The notes below the pieces were generated by a model. It was not told where the DNA came from. It did not search any database and was given only the letters and a program-made list of their open reading frames with translations. A stretch of DNA of 64,000 nt, from positions 8,942-72,941 of the forward strand of contig JBCNOW010000015.1 in NCBI GenBank assembly GCA_039593635.1. Direction: 5' to 3'. The position numbers and the translations under genes are program-made. This document shows positions 26,228 to 36,561 of the stretch, piece after piece; the first letter of the stretch is position 1, and every line of letters begins with the position of its first letter. Origin of the DNA: Enterobacterales bacterium (lineage in GTDB: Bacteria; Pseudomonadota; Gammaproteobacteria; Enterobacterales; Enterobacteriaceae).

Positions 26228-26494
26228 TCAATGCAGCGCTTCCTGTCGCAGTCCTGAGATACCTTTCAGTGCCGGCCACGTCGCGATGCTGTTAATTAAG
26301 TGATGCTCTGATAATAAAATGATGCCCCTGGCGCGTAATTGTTGTGGCGTCTGCGCGGTATCTCCTCCGGTCAGGAGGAAATCCGCGAGATCGTTATAAA
26401 ATCCTTTTGCATTATTATATTTTCCGGCCAGTATCCGTCTGGCAACCTCAACGAATTCTTTTTCAGATAACAAAGGATAGGTTGAGCGATCCAT
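26228..26494 (-). CDS. Hypothetical protein (88 aa)
   Basis: ATG-started ORF with upstream aggga, co-oriented with the flippase-like gene. Confidence 0.5.
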   Translation of the reverse strand: MDRSTYPLLSEKEFVEVARRILAGKYNNAKGFYNDLADFLLTGGDTAQTPQQLRARGIILLSEHHLINSIATWPALKGISGLRQEALH

Positions 26495-26573
26495 GTTATG
26501 TCCCTGCTGTTTTTATTATTAAGTACTGCTGTGTGTGAAGGAGTTATACCGTGTTTTATTTAAATTAACACCA

Positions 26574-26587
26574 TAAGAAAACTCCTA
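26574..26587. promoter_or_regulatory. RcsAB-box-like site
   Basis: taagaaaactccta vs consensus TaAGaatatTCctA, upstream of the flippase-like unit. Confidence 0.45.
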
Positions 26588-26930
26588 TAAATCGACTGCA
26601 GGAATAAATGGTTTCAGAATATGGATGTGAATATATAAGTTCTGGTCTTTACAATTTATTAGTCCTTTTCCACCTTTTATGGCGCTGCAAAGTTGAACAA
26701 GTCAGTGCACAGGAAAAAACAGAGATAAATCAGAAGCACTCAGCTCTCGCCAGTCCGGCACGACCAGGAATTTTCCCGGTTATGACGCTTTAGCCAGACT
26801 GGTGAATGGTGCGAAAATGCGCTTTGCGCGCGGTGAAACAGTTAAACACCGCTGCGCGAAAAAAATGCCGCTTTTTAGCGATTGCGTCCAGCGCAGGATA
26901 AAGGGCGGCTGGTGGGATAATGCATTGATT

Positions 26931-27326
26931 CTAATGGGTTAACAGATGCAGGAGACGCTCGAGATCGCGTTTTACCCAGGCAACATCCCCGGCGAACTTC
27001 TCGTCAGACATCAGCGGCTGGCGATAAACCACCATGACGACTTCGGCACCCTGCTCGTTGGCAATGACCCGCATCGGCATATAAATCTCTTTACCGCTGC
27101 CGGTGTCGATCCAGTGATCCATCACGCCAAACGGGTTATAGGGAGTGAAACGAATCTTCACTGTGCCTTCCGGGCCTTTCGCTTTCCAGTACTGGCCTTC
27201 CTGCGTCAGCGTTCTGCTGCTCAGGCCGCTGGCCCACTTCGCAAAACATTCGGGTTTCCAGATGGTTTCGTACAGATCTAACCAGTTACGGGGAATGGTG
27301 AGCGTCACTGTCTGAGATGGCAGCAT
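26931..27326 (-). CDS. SRPBCC/polyketide-cyclase-like protein
   Basis: PECFAKWASGL, NPFGVMDH, PMRVIAN, DVAWVKRDL. Confidence 0.75.
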   Translation of the reverse strand: MLPSQTVTLTIPRNWLDLYETIWKPECFAKWASGLSSRTLTQEGQYWKAKGPEGTVKIRFTPYNPFGVMDHWIDTGSGKEIYMPMRVIANEQGAEVVMVVYRQPLMSDEKFAGDVAWVKRDLERLLHLLTH

Positions 27327-27447
27327 GGAGCCTCCGCGGGGCAGGTAAACGACAAATTAAACCTGAAACATCGCCTGTCACCTTAACTGAAGGTCACCGG
27401 ACTGCAAATGGCCCGGTGACGGAAGTGTGCTGCAACAGCGTTTTCTG

Positions 27448-28590
27448 TCAGATAAAACGACCGCGGCCCTGAATGTCATGCAGTCCGGCGCTGCCGTCGG
27501 GCTGACGCAGCACGAAGCGATCGGATTGCGCCACCACCGCGCAGCTGTGGTTAGGGAAGATGCGCAACAGGGCGCCAACCGCAGGCGCATGTTCGCCATA
27601 GGTTAAAAAGCCGTGCTCTTCCGACAACTTCTGCACTTCATACTGATGGCCATGCTCGTCCACCGCGATGCCGAAACCGCTGGCATTGGTGCCGTGCGGG
27701 CCTTTGTCCGAGCTCAGCATTTTGGAGCCGGCATCAATGATGGCGTAATAAGGATTAACGGCCACCACGCGCGTCACGACCGTTAACGCCAGCGCATCCG
27801 CCTCACACAAGCCCAGACGCCAGGCAGTGAGATCCAGCAGGGCATAATTGCCGGGACGAATTTCATCGCTGCCAGCGGCTACCGGTGCCGCCAGCGCCGT
27901 GGGCGTGGAGCCAACCGAGATGGGACAAGGAACAAAGCCGGCATCCAGCAGCCGCCGTTGCAGGTCACGCATCAGCGCGATCTCCTGCTGCGCCACCTCA
28001 GCTATCGCCGTGGCATGACCCGCAGCGTACGCATGACCCGCATGCGAGATCAGCCCGGCGAAGGGCAATCCGCTGGCGACAATCTGCTGCGCCAGCGTCA
28101 GCGCGCTATCGCTATGCGGATCGACGCCAACGCGATGCAGACCCACATCCACTTTAATGGCGATCGCCAGCGCGCAGTCCGGCTGCTGCTGATGGGCGGC
28201 GGCAATGGCGCTCACGCCCGCCGCGCAATCTGCGATGCAGGTAATGCGTGCCTGATGCTGTGCCGCCAGCTGCAGCAGTTCGGTCAGCGCGGCGGCGTGC
28301 ACCACGGGATAGGCCAGCAGCACATCGCGTGCCCCGCCGAGCACAAAAGCCACGCCTTCGCTCGGTTTCGACACGGTAATGCCGCGCGCACCCAGCTGGC
28401 GCTGCTGTTCAGCGATCCAGACGCTTTTATGGGTTTTAATATGGGGACGCAGCGCGACGCCGGCGGCATCGGCTTTCTGTTGCATCCGTTGCAGGTTACG
28501 CTGCAGGCGCGCAGCATCAACTTCCAGGTAGGGCGTAAGCCGGTCGGCGTGCAGCGGTCGCAGCCAGCCTGCTGTCTCAGTGTGTTCCAT
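27448..28590 (-). CDS. PLP-dependent D-threonine aldolase/DSD1-like enzyme (alanine racemase fold)
   Basis: LRPHIKTHK, SHAGHAY, EIRPGNY, SEEHG, PNHSC. Confidence 0.88.
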   Translation of the reverse strand: MEHTETAGWLRPLHADRLTPYLEVDAARLQRNLQRMQQKADAAGVALRPHIKTHKSVWIAEQQRQLGARGITVSKPSEGVAFVLGGARDVLLAYPVVHAAALTELLQLAAQHQARITCIADCAAGVSAIAAAHQQQPDCALAIAIKVDVGLHRVGVDPHSDSALTLAQQIVASGLPFAGLISHAGHAYAAGHATAIAEVAQQEIALMRDLQRRLLDAGFVPCPISVGSTPTALAAPVAAGSDEIRPGNYALLDLTAWRLGLCEADALALTVVTRVVAVNPYYAIIDAGSKMLSSDKGPHGTNASGFGIAVDEHGHQYEVQKLSEEHGFLTYGEHAPAVGALLRIFPNHSCAVVAQSDRFVLRQPDGSAGLHDIQGRGRFI

Positions 28591-28643
28591 TATAATAGTC
28601 CGCAGGTTATGTCTTGGTGCGGACTATCATTCACGAGCGCTGG

Positions 28644-29567
28644 TTAGACGTAAAGTGAAGCTTCGCCTGGCGGACGGGTTTTAAAGCGGCGATGCAGCCA
28701 CAGATATTGCTCAGGCGCGCGCAGAATTTCTTTCTCAATCACCCGATTCATGTACGCCGCGGCGGCCGCTTCATCATCATGCGGGTAGTTTTCCAGCTGC
28801 GGCTGAATGATCAGCTGATAGCCGTCTTTGCGCGCATTACGAATCAGCACGATGGTCAGCATCGCCGGTTTCGCCAGCCGCGACAGCACAAAGGTGCCAT
28901 TGGTGGTGGCCGCTTTCTCGACCGCGAACAGTGGAGCAAACACGCTGCCTTTCGGGCCGTAGTCCTGATCCGGCGCGAACCAGACGGCTTCGCCCTGTTT
29001 CAGCGCCTGAACCATGCCGCGCAGATCGCGTCGATCAATCATTGCTTTATTGGATCGCATGCGCCCTTTGGTTTGCGCCCACTCCATCGCCTGATTATTG
29101 TGCGGGCGATACATGGCCATCATCGGCTGGCACAGTCCGGTGATACGGCCACCCAGCTCCAGCGACATAAAGTGCACGCCAATCACCATCACGCCGCGCT
29201 GCTGGCTCTGCGCATGCTGAAGATTGGCGATGCCGTGCACCTGAAAAAGTTGACGCACGCGCGCATCGGACCAGAACCAGGCGATGCCGGTTTCCGCCAG
29301 CGCCATGCCCAGCGACTCAAAATTGCCGGCAATCATCATCTCTTTCTCGGCTTCATTAATGTGCGGGAAGCAGAGTTCGATGTTACGCCGCGTGATGCGT
29401 TCGCGCCGCTTCAGGAAGTGGCGTGATAGCCGGCCCGCTGTCGCACCCAGCCGGATTAATAAAGGATAGGGGAGCTGCACCAGCAGCCAGAGCACTGCCA
29501 GCCCGAACCAGGTAAACCAGTAGCGGGGATGCAAAAGTTTGGAACAGAACTGCCCGGTTTTCTTCAT
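28644..29567 (-). CDS. LpxL/LpxP family Kdo2-lipid IVA acyltransferase
   Basis: HFMSLE, APDQDYG, PEQYLWLHRRFKTRP. Confidence 0.92.
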   Translation of the reverse strand: MKKTGQFCSKLLHPRYWFTWFGLAVLWLLVQLPYPLLIRLGATAGRLSRHFLKRRERITRRNIELCFPHINEAEKEMMIAGNFESLGMALAETGIAWFWSDARVRQLFQVHGIANLQHAQSQQRGVMVIGVHFMSLELGGRITGLCQPMMAMYRPHNNQAMEWAQTKGRMRSNKAMIDRRDLRGMVQALKQGEAVWFAPDQDYGPKGSVFAPLFAVEKAATTNGTFVLSRLAKPAMLTIVLIRNARKDGYQLIIQPQLENYPHDDEAAAAAYMNRVIEKEILRAPEQYLWLHRRFKTRPPGEASLYV

Positions 29568-30137
29568 AGCGCCTTCATATCAGGAGTGAATGTAACGCGC
29601 GAAGAAGTCGGTCCATGGTTCCCGGTGCGGTACAACTGTAGTTATTACGACCGGCACTTTAGCAAATAGTGCCGTATAAGATATGTAAACTCTGCAATCT
29701 TCAGGATTCAGATGATTGATGGATCGTGCACTAACTGGCGTGAGAATGAAATCGGATTGGGTTTAAACTGCTTAAAAACAATAGGTTGGTGGATTGGCTG
29801 GCCAGATTTATATGTCATTTTCGGTCAGTAACAGACACAGTTGTTCATCATTCAGGCAATAATCCTTACATTGCGAAAATTAAATATTGGTCTACCACTG
29901 CAACTGGTAGCTTCTGCAAGCCAGTTCCAGACACAGTAATGTCCATTTGACGCTAAAAAAGCCATGCTCAGACACTATTGTGTCTATATGGAAGCGTTAT
30001 AGCTCAATCAGGCTTACCCTATGGCTACGGTGTGCAGCAAAATCTCACCGCATACCTGCGGCAGGCCGTAAAACCGTGCGATCCAGCAACCAGGCGCTAT
30101 ACAAACCGGCGTAATGGCTGCTGTTAGCAAGGAAAGA

Positions 30138-30159
30138 TAAAGCCCTGAGCAGGGCTTTA
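30138..30159 (-). terminator. Probable original yicC terminator hairpin
   Basis: taaagccctgagcagggcttta palindrome just downstream of the displaced yicC stop. Confidence 0.55.
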
Positions 30160-30171
30160 CAGAGATAAGCG

Positions 30172-30192
30172 TTACTCGATGTTCTGGATCTG
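30172..30192. repeat. att site (displaced 3' end of yicC)
   Basis: ttactcgatgttctggatctg; minus strand encodes QIQNIE*; 18/21 identical to 53611-53631. Confidence 0.9.
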
Positions 30193-30335
30193 AATGTTGA
30201 TTAAAATAAAATAAATGCTATTTATCATAACCTTAATGATTTTATCTGTGACGGGTTTATCATTTTACTCCCCAATCAACTCCCCATTTATAACAGTGGC
30301 AAGCTGTTCAGCTTGCCAGGTTACGATTACATATG

Positions 30336-30815
30336 TCATTGAATGGTTGTCTTTGATCTTTCACCTTGCATGAGTTCACCAGAAGGTTTCCGATAGTAAG
30401 ATTCGGTTCCTATTCGGTAATAGGTATAGCCATCCTTTGTCTTAGTTATGTCCATGATCCAGTTAGACTTTTCAATACAATTTTCTTCTGTATTCATGTC
30501 ATCAAAACATAGTAAATAATCAGTATCATGATCTGGAAAAATACCTGAATTTTTAGGAGCAAGCTTTTGATATTTTCCGTCAAACTTCCAGATTGAAACA
30601 AAGTAAGTTTCAGCGGATGAGAGAGTTTTAGTTCCATTATTATCCCACCACTCAATTTTACTACTATCACTGAAAGGCATGTTTTTAACTAAAAACTCTT
30701 TATTAGAGCCAGCTCCGTGAACGGCAAGGACCTTAGTAGAATTAAAAAAATTCAAATAAAAAAACACAAGAATAATAGCTGATAATATAAATATTATAAT
30801 TTTTCTGGCTTTCAT
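30336..30815 (-). CDS. DUF943-like protein with N-terminal TM/signal
   Basis: VLAVH, VKNMPFSDSSKIEWW, LLCFDDM...NCIEK; 4-bp overlap with upstream gene. Confidence 0.7.
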   Translation of the reverse strand: MKARKIIIFILSAIILVFFYLNFFNSTKVLAVHGAGSNKEFLVKNMPFSDSSKIEWWDNNGTKTLSSAETYFVSIWKFDGKYQKLAPKNSGIFPDHDTDYLLCFDDMNTEENCIEKSNWIMDITKTKDGYTYYRIGTESYYRKPSGELMQGERSKTTIQ

Positions 30816-31627
30816 CCATTCCTCCGACTACTAATTTCAAACTCGGCTTTCATATTTGTAAAAAAAGGTTTAAATGCAAATTTTTCCCATCGTTGGAGCA
30901 CAAACCAGATGCGGAATGCCCTAATATAGTGAAACTTCATATTCATAATGTCAGTTTTGTCGAGACCAAAATGGTCTTGTCCTGTAAAAGTTACTTTCGC
31001 TACATAACCACTCTCAGTGATATCAAGTTTAGTGAGTTGAATCTTTGTGGCATATATGTCATGTATAGACATTCCTAACCCATTGAAGCTATCTGCCCAT
31101 CTGTTGAACTTAGGAAGTATTGAATTTCCTATTGCTTTAGTTATTGAATTTTTGTCGGCATCAGATAAGCCATTTTTTACATCAATGGCAACCTTGTCGA
31201 GCAAAGACTGGATTATTTTTAGTGAAGATGATGGAGAGGATTGTTCGTTTAAAATTAAACTTTTATATGCACTATCAAGAAAAGGGCTGGAATAACTTTT
31301 TCCATTACCATGATAAAAATGTTTTACAAGATTATTAAATAAATTATGTTGTCCTAAATAATGTGTAGGCAATGAAGACCGAAGAAACTCATCGAAAAGA
31401 ATTTGAGCAATTTCCGTTTTTGATTTTGGTTGTGATTTACGGAAGGAACTAAATATTGAGATTTCCTCTCCAGTCCACGGATCGACAACATTAGATACAT
31501 CATCAAGACCTAAATCGCTTCTAAGCTGTTTTTCAGTAAGATCGCCACATTGCATATCATCAGAGCTGTGGTCATTGAACTGATGCTTAGTCTGATAAAG
31601 TGTGGCTGGGAACACAATAGCTGACAT
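30812..31627 (-). CDS. DUF3289/YPO3983-like protein
   Basis: DDMQCGDL, LPKFNRWADSFNGLG.SIHD, QDHFGLD, FRIWFVLQRW. Confidence 0.75.
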   Translation of the reverse strand: MSAIVFPATLYQTKHQFNDHSSDDMQCGDLTEKQLRSDLGLDDVSNVVDPWTGEEISIFSSFRKSQPKSKTEIAQILFDEFLRSSLPTHYLGQHNLFNNLVKHFYHGNGKSYSSPFLDSAYKSLILNEQSSPSSSLKIIQSLLDKVAIDVKNGLSDADKNSITKAIGNSILPKFNRWADSFNGLGMSIHDIYATKIQLTKLDITESGYVAKVTFTGQDHFGLDKTDIMNMKFHYIRAFRIWFVLQRWEKFAFKPFFTNMKAEFEISSRRNG

Positions 31628-32217
31628 AATAACTTCCTTATGATATTAATTTTCAGACCAGATTCTTACTTGTGAAGGTAGATCCAAATCTTTAAATATC
31701 GTCATATCTGTAAACTGAACTCCTTGTTATTACAGGTAAATTTATACATTACTGATTCATGAAATTTAGCTGGCTCGTTTAATTCTAAACGGCTTGAAAT
31801 GGAAAGTGAAGTAGAGTGAATCTCGTCTTTTTCTCAAAAAAAGCAAGTTGGTAAAGCCTTATACCCATCCCCGCATAAATTTTCATAACCTACAGACAGA
31901 AGTTGGTTTGGATGACCTTGGTTAAAGAATTACGATTGAACCAACCATCTCAGTTCAAGCCGAAGTCTAAAGGTTTAAACATCCAATCTGAGATCAGTTC
32001 GATTGGTTAGGGGTTTCGTCGAAGAGCGTGCAGAACCCCCATTAAAAGCATTTCATAGGCTGTTTTGACAGGTTTAATCGAATTTCATCTGATTCATTTA
32101 CGGCACATCATCTGTATGGTCTGTGTGAGGTCTACTTTGGGAAAAGGGTTGCATAACTTGTAAAATTGATCAATTTTTAATCAATTAAAATCCATAGTGA
32201 TCTCATAAGGTTTAGCA

Positions 32218-33753
32218 ATGAAAAACGAAATCATTGAAAATCAGAGGATTAGAAGAGCGGCTCAATACCTTAGGATGTCTACACTCAACCAAGAGTTCTC
32301 TCTGGACAATCAAGCTCAGTTCATCAAGGAATATGCCAGTAAGCATAATTATGAAGTTGTTCACACCTACGATGATGCTGGTAAGAGTGGAGTCACAGTT
32401 TCGGGGAGGCATGACTTCAACAAGCTAATGGACGATGTGATACTCAAGAGAATCAGTATTGAAGCAATCCTTGTATACGATGTGAGTAGGTTTGGCCGTT
32501 TTGAAGATCCCTCAGAGGGTTTTTTTTATAAATATCTTTTCGAAAAACAGGGTGTAAAAGTTATCTTCTGTGCTGATAATATTCCAGAGAATGTAATTGA
32601 AAGCCCCTTCTTTTTATTAATGCTTATGTATGCAGCGGGTTCTTACAGCAAAAATCTATCACAGAAGGTTTTAGCTGGTCATATTAACCTTGTGAACAGA
32701 GGGTATTATCAAGGCGGTCCGCCGGGATATGGATTGGAACGAACTCTTGTCGATAACAATAATCAATTTAAAATGAAACTTAGATCGGGAGAGCGAAAAA
32801 GTTTAACAACTGATCGGGTTGTACTTTCACCCGGTAAGAAAGAAGAAATAAAAATCGTTAGAAAAATATTCGATATGTTTGTTTTTAGGGGATTAAATGA
32901 ATATTTAATATCTGTTAATCTTAACAGGGAAGGGTATAGATACCGTGATGGTAGTCACTGGAACAGGAGTCGTGTTCATTCTGTTTTGATAAATGTCAGA
33001 TACACAGGTAAATATATTTATAACAGGTCATCAACTAAGTTACAGACTAAAAAAACGAAAAACCACGAGAGTCAGTGGGTAATGCATGAGTCATTTTTCA
33101 AACCGATAATATCTACTGAAAAGTTTAAATTGGCTCAAGAAATTATCAATGCAAGATCGAAGCAAATGAGCAACGATGACATTTTGCTATATTTAAAAAG
33201 GAAATTACAAGAAAATGGTAAAATATCTGGATTTATTATAGACCAAGATGATTCTGGACCTTCAAGTAGTGTAGTTGCGAATCGTTTTGGGGGATTAATA
33301 AATGCTTATAAACTAATAGGTTATACTCCTGAGATAGACTATAGCTTTTTAACTATAAATAAAATGCTTAGGTTGAAAAACGAAGAATTGATAAAAGAAA
33401 TAGAAAGAAAGTTGATAGAAATTGATGTGTCTGTTAACGATAAAAAACTTGTGAAAGTAAACAAATCTCTCACCTTTTCCATAGTCGTATCAAGATGTAG
33501 GAATAAGGGGAATGATAAATACCAGTGGCTCGTGAGGTTAGAAAGAAGTCTAAATACAGACTTCAATATTGTAGTAAGAATGAATAGCTTGAACACAAAA
33601 CCTGTTGATTATTTTATCCTTCCATCATTAGAAAATTTTGAAAAGGAACTGAAAATTAAAGAGCAAAATACTATGCTCTTTGAGTTATATAGATTTGAAA
33701 ATATAGATTTTTTTCTAAATATGTTAAAACCAACATTTATGGAGGCATCTTAA
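32218..33753 (+). CDS. Large serine recombinase family protein
   Basis: YLRMST catalytic Ser motif, DAGKSG, VYDVSRFGR, GGPPGYG recombinase domain. Confidence 0.9.
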   Translation: MKNEIIENQRIRRAAQYLRMSTLNQEFSLDNQAQFIKEYASKHNYEVVHTYDDAGKSGVTVSGRHDFNKLMDDVILKRISIEAILVYDVSRFGRFEDPSEGFFYKYLFEKQGVKVIFCADNIPENVIESPFFLLMLMYAAGSYSKNLSQKVLAGHINLVNRGYYQGGPPGYGLERTLVDNNNQFKMKLRSGERKSLTTDRVVLSPGKKEEIKIVRKIFDMFVFRGLNEYLISVNLNREGYRYRDGSHWNRSRVHSVLINVRYTGKYIYNRSSTKLQTKKTKNHESQWVMHESFFKPIISTEKFKLAQEIINARSKQMSNDDILLYLKRKLQENGKISGFIIDQDDSGPSSSVVANRFGGLINAYKLIGYTPEIDYSFLTINKMLRLKNEELIKEIERKLIEIDVSVNDKKLVKVNKSLTFSIVVSRCRNKGNDKYQWLVRLERSLNTDFNIVVRMNSLNTKPVDYFILPSLENFEKELKIKEQNTMLFELYRFENIDFFLNMLKPTFMEAS

Positions 33754-34629
33754 ATGAAAGAAGGTAAAATAAAAATGATAAAAGCATCATCTATAAAAGT
33801 TGTTTTGCCAAGAACAAGAAATAAATTTAAACATGCTGAGATTACAGAAAGTATAAATACAAGTGGTATAAGAAAGCCTGTTACTGTAAGAAGAATAAAA
33901 GATAGCAAATATGAATATGCTTTGATATGCGGACAAGGGAGGCTTGAGTCCATATCTATGCTAAATGAGGAACTAATACCAGCAATTATATTAGATGTTG
34001 ATGAAAACACAGCACATATAATGAGTCTTGCCGAGAATATGGCCCGTGTTTTACCAAGAGCTGGTCAGCAGTATCTCAGAATAAAAGATATGAAAGAACA
34101 GGGGCTTAGTAACAAAGAAATTTCAGAGAATACTGGGTTATCAGTTAACTGGATAACAAGTTTAACCATGTTAATTGAAAAAGGAGAAAATAAGTTACTT
34201 TCTGCTGTTGAAAACGGAACGATGTCAATTTCTCTTGCCGTAGAAATTGCACGAGTAGACTATAAAGAGGGACAGGAGCTTTTTATCAAAGCTTTTGATG
34301 AGGGAAAGATCAAGCATAAAGATGTGAGCAAACTTAGAGAAGTTTTAGATTCAAGAAATGAAGGCTTAAAAGGCATAATGAGCACAGAATTCAAGAGAGA
34401 TTACAAAAGTAAAAAATTGACTACAGACCAATTAATCAAAGTCTACGAAGATAGTATCAAAGAACACAAAAATTTGATTCACAAAGCATCATATTTAGAG
34501 TCCAATTTATTGCTTGCCAATTCAATTTTCAATGAGCTTAACAAAAATAAAGATTTCAATGATTTAATTATAAGCGAAAATTTAAATGACATCATTGGTG
34601 TAATATTTAGAAACTCTGCTAAGGACTAA
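33754..34629 (+). CDS. ParB/RepB/Spo0J-like protein 1
   Basis: SINTSGIRKPVTV, LICGQGRL, SLAEN, following HTH. Confidence 0.82.
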   Translation: MKEGKIKMIKASSIKVVLPRTRNKFKHAEITESINTSGIRKPVTVRRIKDSKYEYALICGQGRLESISMLNEELIPAIILDVDENTAHIMSLAENMARVLPRAGQQYLRIKDMKEQGLSNKEISENTGLSVNWITSLTMLIEKGENKLLSAVENGTMSISLAVEIARVDYKEGQELFIKAFDEGKIKHKDVSKLREVLDSRNEGLKGIMSTEFKRDYKSKKLTTDQLIKVYEDSIKEHKNLIHKASYLESNLLLANSIFNELNKNKDFNDLIISENLNDIIGVIFRNSAKD

Positions 34630-35464
34630 CAAAATGATTAAATGTTGCTTCAGTGATAATACTTTAAGCTTAAATATAAGTGAGCTATTACCTACTAAAA
34701 AGCTTCTTATAAATTATGAGAGTAGCGAAAAGTTCTTACAAATAAAATGCACTTTGAAATCTATAGGATTAATAGAGCCTATTTTAGTTTTTATTGATTC
34801 AGTAACTAATGAAATAAAAATATTGGATGGGCATATGAGAATAGAGGCCTTAAAAGAATTGGGTGAAACCAAAGTAGAATGTCTTGTTTCTACAATATAT
34901 GATACATATACACCTAATAAGAAAGTCAACCAAGTAACAATAATTCAAATCCAAAAAATGTTAAAGGAAGCTATAAAAGCTGGAGTTCCTATTGAATTAC
35001 TCAGTGCTTCTCTAAATATTTCTGTAGATTCTTTGAAAGGCAGGATATCTGTATTAGATGGAATTAGTCCCCAGGTAGTTGAGATATTAAATGATAAGGT
35101 TGTTCCCAAGGCAACATTCTTAGCTTTAAAAAAAATGGTTCCATTGAGACAACTCGAATGTGCTAACCTCATGATAAGGTTTGACAATTTTTCAAAAAAT
35201 TTTTCACACTCACTTCTTCAAAGTTCACCTAAGGAAACATTGATTGAGTCAAAAAATACCAAAGGTAATCATAAAACAGCGCAAAGAAAAATGATTGATA
35301 GGCTCGAAAAAGAAATGGCACATGTTCATATTGATGCAGATAAGCTCAAGGAAAACTATGGATCTACAAGCTTAAAGTTAACAATAGTAATATTGACCTG
35401 CTCCCCATTGATTAACACACCGCGATGTTAGTAATGTCTTCATAAGCCACATGAGGACATCCCC

Positions 35465-35728
35465 ATGAAGAAGCGTTTTTCCGACGAACAGATCATCAGT
35501 ATTCTCCGCGAGGCCGAAGCCGGGGTTTCTGCCCGCGAACTCTGCCGTAAGCACGCCATTTCCGACGCCACGTTTTATACCTGGCGTAAGAAGTTTGGCG
35601 GCATGGAAGTACCTGAGGTAAAGCGGCTTAAGTCACCTGAAGAAGAGAACGCCCGCCTCAGGAAGCTGCTCGCCGAAGCCATGCTGGATAAGGAGGCACT
35701 ACAGGTGGCTCTGGGCCGAAAGTACTGA
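35465..35728 (+). CDS. IS3 transposase OrfA
   Basis: MKKRFSDEQIISILREAEAG...ELCRKHAIS. Confidence 0.92.
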   Translation: MKKRFSDEQIISILREAEAGVSARELCRKHAISDATFYTWRKKFGGMEVPEVKRLKSPEEENARLRKLLAEAMLDKEALQVALGRKY

Positions 35729-36561
35729 CGACAGACCAGAAGCGGGAAGCCGTGGCGTTGATGTGTGATGCGACCGATCTGTCGCAACGTCGTGCCTGCA
35801 GGCTGACAGGTTTGTCCCTGTCGACCTGCCGCTATGAGGCTCAGCGCCCGGCTGCTGATGCGCATTTATCAGGGCGCATCACCGAACTGGCACTGGAGCG
35901 CAGGCGTTTTGGTTACCGCCGCATCTGGCAGCTTCTGCGCCGTGAAGGCCTTCTGCGTTAACCACAAGCGCGTGTACCGCATTTATCATCTCAAGGGCCT
36001 GGGCGTAAAACGCAGACGGCGCCGTAAAGGGCTGGCAACTGAACGGCTTCCGCTGTTGCGTCCGGCAGGGCCCAACCTGACGCGGTCAATGGATTTTGTC
36101 ATGGATGCGCTGGCCAGTGGTCGCCGGATTAAGTGCCTGACCTGCGTTGATGATTTCACGAAGGAGTGTCTGACGATCACCGTTGCTTTCGGGATTTCAG
36201 GCGTTCAGGTATCACGCATTCTGGACAACATTGCGCTGTTTCGTGGCTATCCGGCGACGATAAGAACAGATCAGGGGCCTGAGTTTACCTGCCGTGCGCT
36301 GGATCAGTGGGCCTTTGAGCATGGTGTTGAGCTGCGGCTTATTCAGCCGGGCAAGCCGACACAGAACGGATTTATCGAGAGTTTTAACGGTCGCTTTCGC
36401 GATGAATGCCTGAATGAGCACTGGTTCAGCGACGTCGGTCATGCCAGGAAGCAACCATCAGCGAATGGCGGCAGGACTATAACGAATGTCGGCCTCATTC
36501 TTCGCTGAATTATCAGACGCCGTCTGAATTTGCAGCGAGCTGGAGAAACGGGGAATTCTGA
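35725..36561 (+). CDS. IS3 transposase OrfB (DDE; apparent extra indels; ends approximate)
   Basis: [36 protein letters not shown]. Confidence 0.85.
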
